A stretch of DNA of 56,976 bases, taken from positions 1 to 56,976 of the forward strand of contig MHPK01000006.1 in NCBI GenBank assembly GCA_001822075.1, read 5' to 3'. Below the pieces are notes generated by a model, which saw only the letters and a program-made list of their open reading frames with translations, made no database searches and was not told the origin of the DNA. Source of the stretch: Candidatus Staskawiczbacteria bacterium RIFOXYB1_FULL_38_37. GTDB lineage: Bacteria > Patescibacteriota > Minisyncoccia > Minisyncoccales > Staskawiczbacteraceae. Of this stretch, positions 31,578 to 40,191 are shown piece by piece. The position numbers and the translations under genes were made by a program. Position 1 is the first letter of the stretch. The number at the start of each line of letters is the position of its first letter.

Positions 31578-31916
31578 CTAAACAGGATGAGCCGTTAAAA
31601 TTTCTTTTATCCTGTCTGCTTCCTCTTCTACCACCGGACCAAAATATTCTCCCGAGTGCGCGCGCTGACCTTTGTAGACAGGTTTTTTTTGGTCTAAATG
31701 CAAACTAAATTCAAAGTCATTGTCCCCGCCTAAAGCTCCTGCATTATGGCGGGCAAGCTTCTGCTTCACGTAAACGTGAAATCTTGGATAATTGTCTCCG
31801 GCTAATTTTCTGACCAGATTATATTCATTGTTTTCTTTTGTATCAATAATCACATACCCAATCTTGCGCGCCACACTGACAATATTCTCTTTTATATTTT
31901 TAATTATAAAATCCAT
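31578..31916 (-). CDS. Conserved-looking hypothetical protein
   Basis: YPRFH..LHLDQK..HSGEY; host-like codon usage. Confidence 0.75.
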   Translation of the reverse strand: MDFIIKNIKENIVSVARKIGYVIIDTKENNEYNLVRKLAGDNYPRFHVYVKQKLARHNAGALGGDNDFEFSLHLDQKKPVYKGQRAHSGEYFGPVVEEEADRIKEILTAHPV

Positions 31917-32029
31917 TTTAAAAAATAAAATTTATCTAATTATTTCAGGTTATCATATGATAACCAATGCTGGTAGCAACTATGGCTTTCACGATGTTGC
32001 GCTTCGGAGCAGAATGCAGGACGCAACCC

Positions 32030-32058
32030 TTGACAACTATATTCTTATATGATATACT
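32030..32058 (+). promoter_or_regulatory. Sigma70-type promoter
   Basis: TTGACA-17 bp-TATACT. Confidence 0.75.
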
Positions 32059-32176
32059 TAATTTATCGTGAAATTCCTGTTCGTATGAATGGGTCATCCC
32101 GCCAAGGCAGGATAAGAAGGCTGATTCTCTGCCTTAATCAAAGAGAATGTTCGTTCTTTCCAAAGTGAGGTGACGT

Positions 32177-32467
32177 ATGTCCACCAAATTCACCATCGTT
32201 TCAGCGCCGTCTAAGTGGGAGTTGATGCTCGCCTTGTTTGATCACAAGCATCATAGTGTCTCTTTTCGGTTATATTCCGAAAATGGGACATCTTCGCTTG
32301 GACACCCAAATTTCCTAGTTGAAATACGTGGGGTTTTACTGGAAGATGGCTCAGGCGAGTCGTTCTGTTTCAATGGCTATCACATAGTAGAATCGGGACA
32401 TATTCAGAGTGTGAAGGGCTGGTTCCGCACTTCCGACCGCAAAGGTTGGTTGCAAATCGTAGACTAG
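32177..32467 (+). CDS. Small hypothetical protein (orphan cassette)
   Basis: SD GAGGTG, own promoter, terminator 32502-32528. Confidence 0.7.
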   Translation: MSTKFTIVSAPSKWELMLALFDHKHHSVSFRLYSENGTSSLGHPNFLVEIRGVLLEDGSGESFCFNGYHIVESGHIQSVKGWFRTSDRKGWLQIVD

Positions 32468-32595
32468 TCCATTCAGACCCGAGCATGTCATAAAACTGCT
32501 CCCCAACACATGTTGGGCTCTTTTTTTTGCAAAAAACTAGCCGTGTTCAAATTTAATTATCCTTCGACTACGTTCAGGATGATCGAGTTTTTATT

Positions 32596-33699
32596 TTAAC
32601 CATGCTTGAACTCTATCACATCGCCGTCTTTAACAATATATTCTTTTCCTTCTGTTCTTAATTTTCCCTGCTCTCTAGCTTTTGCATAACTTCCTGCATC
32701 AAATAAATCTTTCCAAAACACAACTTCGGCTTTCACAAATTTATTTTTAAAATCAGTGTGTATTACTCCGCCGGCAATTGGAGCCGTATCGCCTTTTTTT
32801 ATTGTCCAAGCTCTTGTTTCATCTTCGCCTGTTGTCAAAAAAGTTATTAAATTTAAAAGTTCGTATGACTTTTTAATCAAAATATCTGTTTCAGATAATT
32901 CCGGCAAACCCAAATCCTTTCTTTCTTCTGTTGATAAACCTTCTGCCTCAAACTCTGTGGCTATATCAATAATTAAATACTGCCAGTTGTTTTTATTAAA
33001 AATTTCCAAAATATTTTTATCTATTTCTTCGTCTTTCCCGTTTAACAAATATAATCTTGGCTTAAAAGTTAACAACTGAAAACTTTTTAAAACTTCCTCC
33101 TCGTCGGGTGTAAAACTTTGGTCAATTAAAACTTTTTCCTGCGACAAAAATTCTTTGGCCTTTTTACAAACAGCCACCAAGCCCAAACTCGCCGAAGGCG
33201 GGATTGAGGCTGGCCCGCCCAAATGCCCAAGGCTTTTGGCGGGTTTCTCTAATGCTTTATTTATTGTTTCCAAATCTTTTAAAATAAGCTCAACATCTAA
33301 AATTTCTTTTTCTTTTAACGGGTTTATTTCTGTTTGACCTGCCTGCGCAGTCAGGGTGTTTATAATATCTGAATTTTTAAAAGCGCGTAAAACATACAAA
33401 ACCGCATCGGTTTCTCTTATGTTCGCCAAAAATTTATTTCCCAATCCTTCGCCCTCTGACGCTCCCTTCACCAAGCCGGCAATATCAACAAAATCAACCG
33501 TGGCATAAATTTTCTTTTTTGATTTTGACAGTTCTGCCAGCTTATCAACCCTTTCATCCGGAACCAAAACAACCCCTACATTAGGGTCAATTGTGCAAAA
33601 AGGATAATTGGCAATATCAACCTCCTTTTTAGTTAATGTTTTAAATAATGTGGACTTGCCCACATTCGGCAACCCCACAATCCCAATAGACAAACTCAT
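32596..33699 (-). CDS. ychF: Redox-regulated ATPase YchF (Obg family)
   Basis: [39 protein letters not shown]. Confidence 0.95.
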   Translation of the reverse strand: MSLSIGIVGLPNVGKSTLFKTLTKKEVDIANYPFCTIDPNVGVVLVPDERVDKLAELSKSKKKIYATVDFVDIAGLVKGASEGEGLGNKFLANIRETDAVLYVLRAFKNSDIINTLTAQAGQTEINPLKEKEILDVELILKDLETINKALEKPAKSLGHLGGPASIPPSASLGLVAVCKKAKEFLSQEKVLIDQSFTPDEEEVLKSFQLLTFKPRLYLLNGKDEEIDKNILEIFNKNNWQYLIIDIATEFEAEGLSTEERKDLGLPELSETDILIKKSYELLNLITFLTTGEDETRAWTIKKGDTAPIAGGVIHTDFKNKFVKAEVVFWKDLFDAGSYAKAREQGKLRTEGKEYIVKDGDVIEFKHG

Positions 33700-33781
33700 A
33701 GTAAAATTATGCCACAAATTTTTAAAAATTAAAAGTACTTAAATAAAAAAAGGACGCGTGGGGGCGTCCTTGACTGGATTA

Positions 33782-34183
33782 TTAAAGGTGCGGGCAATTA
33801 AATGGCAAGGGGTGCGGCTGTTTGCCGCCATACACTATAACCCCTACTATACAGGGTTTTTCTCTGACCCTTTCTTTTGCTTCTAAAAATTCAAGCGCAA
33901 AAACTGCGAAGTCTGACAGAGAGGCGCTCTCTGAACGTAAAAACTCGCGAGCCTGCTGCCGGGTCACAAAAGCAATCAAGTAAGTGCCCATATCGCAAAG
34001 TGTTTCAGTATCTCGGAAAGTTATGCTGGCGAATTTATTTTTCCCGCGCTCTTTTAGCGCGTAAAAAATCTCGGGCACTTCGAATGATTCATTTTCGGCT
34101 ACAAAAGGATACCATCTGCTGGATATTCTCTTTTCTCTTTGAATGGCTTGCCAAAAATAAGAATTTTTGCAAATAGCTACCAT
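33782..34183 (-). CDS. Hypothetical protein (orphan cassette downstream of tRNA-Ala)
   Basis: Perfect SD AAGGAGGTG; terminator 33745-33771. Confidence 0.65.
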   Translation of the reverse strand: MVAICKNSYFWQAIQREKRISSRWYPFVAENESFEVPEIFYALKERGKNKFASITFRDTETLCDMGTYLIAFVTRQQAREFLRSESASLSDFAVFALEFLEAKERVREKPCIVGVIVYGGKQPHPLPFNCPHL

Positions 34184-34234
34184 CTTACACCTCCTTTAAG
34201 TCCTTTAAGGTTTTAAAGGTGCCGTGTAAACTAG

Positions 34235-34305
34235 TGGACCCTGCGAGAATCGAACTCGCATCTCCTCGTTGCAAACGAGGTGTTTTACCATTGTACCAAG
34301 GGCCC
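34235..34305 (-). tRNA. tRNA-Ala(UGC)
   Basis: Cloverleaf, anticodon arm CCUCG-UUUGCAA-CGAGG, G3:U70, UUCGA T-loop. Confidence 0.93.
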
Positions 34306-34318
34306 GTATTTTTAAATT

Positions 34319-34759
34319 TTAACTTATCATTAATATCTTAACTTCTGCTGACTTAAAATCAAATTTATCTCCCACTCTTTTATTCATTAACTCTTTTCCT
34401 AACGGAGATTGATATGATATTTTATTTTTTAAAACATCTGCTTCCGCCGGAGCTGTAATTGTGTATGTTTCTTCGTCTTTCCCAAATAAAATTTTTACTT
34501 CACAGCCTATTTGCACAGAATCTGTATCTGATTTTTCTCTGACAACAGCATCATTAATGGCAGATTCCAACTCGGCAACGCGCATTCTCAAAAAAGACAT
34601 TTTATCTCTGGCATCGTGGTAAGCGGCATTTTCTTTTAAGTCTCCAAAGGCTGCGGCCTCTGCTATCAGCTTAACAATCTCTTTGTTTTTTACAGTCTTT
34701 AAATAATGCAGTTCGTCTTTAAGTTTTTTTAAGCCTTGTTTTGTAAAATATTGCGCCAT
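34319..34759 (-). CDS. greA: Transcription elongation factor GreA
   Basis: GDLKENAAY, ISYQSPLG. Confidence 0.9.
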   Translation of the reverse strand: MAQYFTKQGLKKLKDELHYLKTVKNKEIVKLIAEAAAFGDLKENAAYHDARDKMSFLRMRVAELESAINDAVVREKSDTDSVQIGCEVKILFGKDEETYTITAPAEADVLKNKISYQSPLGKELMNKRVGDKFDFKSAEVKILMIS

Positions 34760-34812
34760 GTTTCAATTTTACATAAATTGCGTCCTTTTTCAAGCCTGAG
34801 CTGTCAGATAAA

Positions 34813-37800
34813 TTAAATAATTCTATTGAACACAAAATATGCCCCTATGGCAAACAAAAGATAAGCTATAACACTGGCTACAACTGCTAGAATTATATGA
34901 GAGGAAATAAATTGCGCCAGCTGACTAAGAAAGGATTGCTTTTCTGAGAGTTTTGGAATTTTAAGACTAATTGATCCAGCTGACTGCAAATTTCCAGATT
35001 CAGCCTTTACTGCTATTAAAGTTATTTCTTGGGCCTGGTCTGATTTTGCCTTAAAAGTGATTTTCTTTTCAGAATACGGTTCTAAAGAACCGATATTCAT
35101 GCCATAAACTATGTTTTCTGAAGAAGGCTCGCCGTCTATCTTAGAATCCCCTTGATAGCTCATGCCTTCAGGCAGTTGAACTGTGGTTGTAACTTCTCCT
35201 ATGCCTTCGGCTGTGTTATTTGCCACCACCAGTAAAAATTCCAAATTATGGCTCTGCGTAAGGTCGGGATTTTCCTGCCACTCGCCTGTTTTTTGGTCTT
35301 TTGCAAAAAGCTTCAGGCTAAGCGCGCCAGATGAACAGTCTTTGGGGCAAGTTAAGGCATCTTCTTGGCAATTGCAAGTATCATCTCCGCAGGTAGATTT
35401 TGATTTGCAATATTCATCTGGGTTATATCCAGCGCATTCTCCATTATCGCAAAAAGAATCCTGGCAATCTTGATAAATTTCCTGTATCTGGCCTGTTGAG
35501 TCATACCAATAGACATCATCGTTATAGCACCCCTTTCTATAGTTTTTGATATAGGTAAGGGAGCTGCTGCACTTCTGAGTTTTTTGGCATACATACCCGC
35601 ACTTTCCGTCTTTGCACGACCACGAAGGTTCTTGCGTTTCAGAACAATTTCCATATCCGCAGGATGTACTGCCCTGGCACGTTTTATCAGACGACCAGTC
35701 AAGACATTCATCTGAATCATACTGCCCGCAGATTTGTTTATAAGATGTATCAGAGCACTTTACTTGGCCTTGTTCGCAATCATTTTGGCATTGCTGTGTT
35801 TGTTGAGAGGCAGTCTGTTGTTCGGTTTCCTGCGGCGGCAGGAGTTCCGATTCTTCTCCGGCGCAACTATTGCTTGGGTTGCACAAATATGTGCAACTTC
35901 CATTTTCGCACCTCCATGAGGGCTTGTATTCTGGAGGGCATATTCCGTATCCGCAACTAGTATCGCCCGAACATATTGTGGCAGTTGACCATTCAAGACA
36001 AGTGTCAGAATCATATTGCCCGCAGGTCTGCCTATGAGATGCGTCAGAACACTTTGCCTGGCCTGATATGCATTCATTGGCGCATTCATCTGATGGTTCG
36101 GGTTCGGGTTCGGGCTCTGGTTCGGGCGTTTCATTTAAACACGTATTAACGCACGTTCCTGTTTCAATTATAGGATTTCCAGAGTTTAGCGGCTGGGTAA
36201 CCCAATAGCCGTATGGAGCTATATTATTTTGGGGAGTATAAATTTGGCCGTTAGGAATTAAAATTCTTGTTGTGCCGTTTATCAAAAATAAAGCCGGATT
36301 TTGCTGGAGAACTTGATAAGTGTGTCCGCTGTCTTGGTTGGGTGTTAATCTATAAAGATTATAATGATTAGGAACTCTCATTCCTGTTAAAACATAATCT
36401 GCGCTATCGCTTACAAGGCTGCTAACAAGACTTTGCCTGTCCTGCCTGAAAAATGTTAACTGGTCAAATTCCTGCAAAAGCGCGTTCATTGCTGTAGATT
36501 CGGCAGTTCTGTCTGCTGTAGTGCGGGTGTCTTGGTCTTCGCCGTTGCCAGATGAATTGAACCAGCTTATGCCGTCAGAGCCCGTAAGCAAAACATGAAA
36601 AACATTTTCAGTCCAATATTTTGCGTAATTTAAATTAAATGTCTGGTTTTGCGGACTTTGCAAATCATAAGACCAATGGCTGAGCCACACGCGCAAAGGC
36701 ACCGAAGGTCCGGAAAGAGTTGCTGCGCGAATAGAATTAATCCCCAGTTTAAAACTGCTGAAGGTTATGTTTTCATAAGTTGCTATATCTTGGTGCGTGC
36801 CCACCTTTACGCCAGAGCCATAAGGCCAAAGCAATCCCGGTCTAGGATAAGCGGAACTATGCATAAAATTTGCATTATCTGTCATCTGCGCATTTGGATA
36901 ATATGATTTCAAAACATTGTAATACGCCTGGTTCAAATATTCAGCTTCCATATCCCAAGCAACAGAATTCCACATCAATTGTATATTTGTGGTAGCGGGC
37001 CTCGTCCATTCATATGTCCAAGGAGTGATGTAGTTATAAAGGGTTTGGCCTTGAGGAATTACAAATCCGTACTGAGCCAGTTTTGAGGCCATCGCAGGAA
37101 AGCGCGGATCATTTTGAATGCCGTTCCACCAAGCTTCAACGCGCTCGTTATAGGCTGGATAATAAAGAGACTCGTTGCATGGGGTGTCAGAATTATCGCC
37201 AGAAGGAATAAGGCTGGAAGGCCAGGGTTTTGCAAATCCCACATCAAATCCTATTTCATAATCAGACTGAAGATAATTAATTTCTTTTCCGCCGAGACCG
37301 ATATAATCATTTAAAAATGTTTGAAGCCGGCTCTGGTTTTCTGAAACCCAATTATTCCACCAGGGGCTTCTGTAATTAATCGCGTATCCATCAACTTTGA
37401 TATACGGACTTGTGCACCCGGGAGGCACTGGAACATCTTGCGCTCTCTCGCATGTTGAAAGGTCATTAGGGTTTGCGCAAGACCCCGGAATAATTATATT
37501 ATCTTTATCGCCCACTGTATCTATATAATCTCCCCATCTCGGATAAAAATAGTTAAGCACTGCCCTAAATCCTTTTGGCTGGCCGTCTGTAATGGTTTTT
37601 ATTCTTGCAACCTCTGCAGTATTGCCTATGTCTGCTATTTCAATGTAAGCTACCGGAACAATGTGCCAAAATTGCTTGTTATAAGCGCTTCCGGTTTGAG
37701 AATATATCCTGCCTACAGAACAGCTTGTGGTCCCGCACCAGCTGTATGCTATGCTTACATTTTCCCACTGGCAGGTGGAGTTGCATCCGTCTTCAGCTGA

Positions 37801-38034
37801 AAAATTTCCGTCATCGCACTCTTCTCCCAAATCCTCTTCAACAATGCTGTTGCCACATCCTCCTGCCCCAGAGCTTAAAACAGGGAGCTTTAAAAAAGCC
37901 GGGCCTATTTTGAAATCAAATGATTCCCATTTTATTTTTTTAATAGCATCAAAATTTAAAATACAAAAAACAGCAGAACAAATTAAAATAATTGCCGCAA
38001 AAATAATTAAAACTTTCCGCGTTCTAAAACCCAT
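34813..38034 (-). CDS. Large extracellular membrane-anchored protein (DUF4215-like Cys motif, aromatic-rich central domain, PE linker, Cys-rich repeats, DUF11-like)
   Basis: EECDDGN..EDGC, PEPEPEPEP, two CxxxCxxGQxKC repeats, TM at both ends. Confidence 0.75.
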   Translation of the reverse strand: MGFRTRKVLIIFAAIILICSAVFCILNFDAIKKIKWESFDFKIGPAFLKLPVLSSGAGGCGNSIVEEDLGEECDDGNFSAEDGCNSTCQWENVSIAYSWCGTTSCSVGRIYSQTGSAYNKQFWHIVPVAYIEIADIGNTAEVARIKTITDGQPKGFRAVLNYFYPRWGDYIDTVGDKDNIIIPGSCANPNDLSTCERAQDVPVPPGCTSPYIKVDGYAINYRSPWWNNWVSENQSRLQTFLNDYIGLGGKEINYLQSDYEIGFDVGFAKPWPSSLIPSGDNSDTPCNESLYYPAYNERVEAWWNGIQNDPRFPAMASKLAQYGFVIPQGQTLYNYITPWTYEWTRPATTNIQLMWNSVAWDMEAEYLNQAYYNVLKSYYPNAQMTDNANFMHSSAYPRPGLLWPYGSGVKVGTHQDIATYENITFSSFKLGINSIRAATLSGPSVPLRVWLSHWSYDLQSPQNQTFNLNYAKYWTENVFHVLLTGSDGISWFNSSGNGEDQDTRTTADRTAESTAMNALLQEFDQLTFFRQDRQSLVSSLVSDSADYVLTGMRVPNHYNLYRLTPNQDSGHTYQVLQQNPALFLINGTTRILIPNGQIYTPQNNIAPYGYWVTQPLNSGNPIIETGTCVNTCLNETPEPEPEPEPEPSDECANECISGQAKCSDASHRQTCGQYDSDTCLEWSTATICSGDTSCGYGICPPEYKPSWRCENGSCTYLCNPSNSCAGEESELLPPQETEQQTASQQTQQCQNDCEQGQVKCSDTSYKQICGQYDSDECLDWSSDKTCQGSTSCGYGNCSETQEPSWSCKDGKCGYVCQKTQKCSSSLTYIKNYRKGCYNDDVYWYDSTGQIQEIYQDCQDSFCDNGECAGYNPDEYCKSKSTCGDDTCNCQEDALTCPKDCSSGALSLKLFAKDQKTGEWQENPDLTQSHNLEFLLVVANNTAEGIGEVTTTVQLPEGMSYQGDSKIDGEPSSENIVYGMNIGSLEPYSEKKITFKAKSDQAQEITLIAVKAESGNLQSAGSISLKIPKLSEKQSFLSQLAQFISSHIILAVVASVIAYLLFAIGAYFVFNRII

Positions 38035-38371
38035 TCGTTAATTATAGTTGAAATAAAAGAACCAGTCAAAAACAAAAAATCCCCCTCGCCAAAGGCGCGG
38101 GGAATTTTTTGTTTTAGTTTCTTAAAGTTGTTTTCCCGCCGAGGCGGGACCCCGCTATGGCGGGGCGAATTAAAGGAGAATTTCTAGCGACTCTCCTCAA
38201 AACGCTTCAGAGTTAAAATCAAAACGATTCGACGAGCTCATCGAACTGAGCAAATCGAACCATTCTGATATTTTTCTGAGTCGACTACATAAATTCTGAA
38301 ATTCGCCGATTGGCGAACCAAAATTTTTAAAAAAATGATCCACGACCAGCTTCCGCTAGCCGTGCCTTGTT

Positions 38372-39156
38372 CATGATTTTCTCTATATCGCTATAAAGCA
38401 TGGACTATATCTTCATCCTATCGCAAAATATCTTTGATTTTACCGGATGGTAAGAATTTACAATTTCTGCAAACTTTTTATGATGCTTGGAAGATATAAA
38501 TATCCGCCAATAATCAGGGTCAACTTTTTTGCTTGGGTTATGAATTTTCCCGCTTTCTATCCCTATATCCGAAAGCATAGTTTTAATTTTGTTCATCTTG
38601 TCCAAGTCCTTCTGTACTAATTGGATATAAAACCTATCTTTTGTGTGCGGAATTCCTCCCTCAGCATCAAAGAATCCTCTGATATAAAAAGCTTTTTCAG
38701 AATTATCTCTTAACCTTGAAGGATCAAATCTAAAATCCAAATCTTTACAAAGAGTTTCCAAGACATAAATATTTCTGTCTTTTCCTTCCTTGTAAATCCA
38801 AGAGTTGCAGTCTATTTGCTTTAACAAACCTTGTAAATTCTCAAGCCATTGCTTATTTTTCTGAGCGAATCTAATTCTTTTGCCTTTATTCAAGGTCGCA
38901 TCATGGATTGCTCCATTCAAATAAGCGATGATTTGATATTTTGTAGTAGGAGTTCGGCGTGTAGTCTCTGAGGGGTCACTCGCCAAAAATTGAATATTTG
39001 GGCGAGGACTTCCCTGCTGATTTTCTGCACCGATTGCATTTTCACTCATGATATAATTATATCATGAGTAGCATCGGATACACAGATGTTCCAGCATACA
39101 GCCAAATTTGTCAGCCACATTGCTGTGGCAGGTCGCAACAAGTGCAGTTTGCACCT
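38372..39156 (-). mobile_element. Group I intron at 16S position 1498
   Basis: Exons rejoin as AAGUCGU|AACAAGG; terminal G; AAUCAGCAGG and gactatat core motifs. Confidence 0.88.
38405..39049 (-). CDS. LAGLIDADG-family endonuclease (two motifs)
   Basis: AYLNGAIHDA and YIRGFFDAEG. Confidence 0.85.
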   Translation of the reverse strand: MSENAIGAENQQGSPRPNIQFLASDPSETTRRTPTTKYQIIAYLNGAIHDATLNKGKRIRFAQKNKQWLENLQGLLKQIDCNSWIYKEGKDRNIYVLETLCKDLDFRFDPSRLRDNSEKAFYIRGFFDAEGGIPHTKDRFYIQLVQKDLDKMNKIKTMLSDIGIESGKIHNPSKKVDPDYWRIFISSKHHKKFAEIVNSYHPVKSKIFCDRMKI

Positions 39157-39241
39157 ACGACTTAGCCCCTCTTACTGAATCTAGCTTAGGGCCCTTGCGG
39201 GCACTTCGGCTATCCCCAGCTCGCTTGGCTTGACGGGCGGT

Positions 39242-40191
39242 ATTGAGATCAAATAGTAATTTGTCTCGCACCACCGGACGAACGGTTTTCCCGTATCCTG
39301 GCGGTTTCCATCAGAGAATTGTGCTTTTTGCCCATTGATCGCATTTTATCTCGCAGTTTGACAATTTTGACGTAGCCAGAATCAGTCAAATGCTCTTTTC
39401 TGCGATACATTAACACAATTTTTTTAAATAATTTGTAGACCTTGCATTTTTTTGTCTGCAGATTGTATTCATCAAGAAAGGGAAATAAATAATTATTCAT
39501 ATCGTCCGCGCCCGTAATTTTGTATTTTACGTGCGGATACCAACCGTAACGGTCGTATGAACAATCATATAATTTTCCGCAACCGATTGTAATTAATACT
39601 CTTTCAAGTATTTCTTGATCATCGGCTCGGAGTTCGATTTCAAATTCGGCGCGAACTTGAACACCTCTGCGGTATTCATCGTTTTTGCCGATACTTACTG
39701 AAAACGAACCTTCTCCATCAATAAAACCTGCCACATAATGCGGGTTTAATTTTTCTCTATGGATTTGTTCCTTCCCGATAGGCGCTTTTAATTTACGATT
39801 ATAACGTTTATCGGTACTACGAACTCTGCTGACTTCTTGCTGTTGCATAAAACTAAAATTGCTTTTAATTTTTTCCTGAGGTTAGTTATACAACTTAATT
39901 ATATAACATTGCCAAAGAAACAACAACAAGATCTCCCCGGGTCATCTTAAAAAACTTTTTTCTACATCTCGGCCTTCCGATTATTGTAATTCTATAATTC
40001 TCAGATGACTTCCCTGTGTACTCGATAGGTCATCAGAATCACAACCTTTTAATGAAGGACTCAAGCTATAAAATGCCTCCCCACCCTTCAATTTAAATTT
40101 CACAATTTAAACCTGCGGATCGGCTTTGCGCAATCTGAGATATGCGTAGTAAGATTTTCACTTACTTTTTTCTAAAACTGCCGGGCATCCC
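39242..40191 (-). mobile_element. Group II intron (IIC-like) at 16S ~1397
   Basis: D5 AACCGCCAGGAUACGG...CGUCCGGUGG; D6 with bulged A; 3' AU; EBS1 GAGUAC (40018-40023) complementary to exon GUACUC. Confidence 0.85.
39249..39848 (-). CDS. Single-motif LAGLIDADG homing endonuclease in group II intron
   Basis: YVAGFIDGEGSF, LFPFLD, EHLT. Confidence 0.9.
   Translation of the reverse strand: MQQQEVSRVRSTDKRYNRKLKAPIGKEQIHREKLNPHYVAGFIDGEGSFSVSIGKNDEYRRGVQVRAEFEIELRADDQEILERVLITIGCGKLYDCSYDRYGWYPHVKYKITGADDMNNYLFPFLDEYNLQTKKCKVYKLFKKIVLMYRRKEHLTDSGYVKIVKLRDKMRSMGKKHNSLMETARIRENRSSGGARQITI

Noticed and set aside
38171-38197. CUCCUUUA downstream of 16S as a displaced anti-SD
   Set aside because: Lies in the precursor trailer beyond a leader-pairing segment and inside its own hairpin; unlikely to be in the mature RNA
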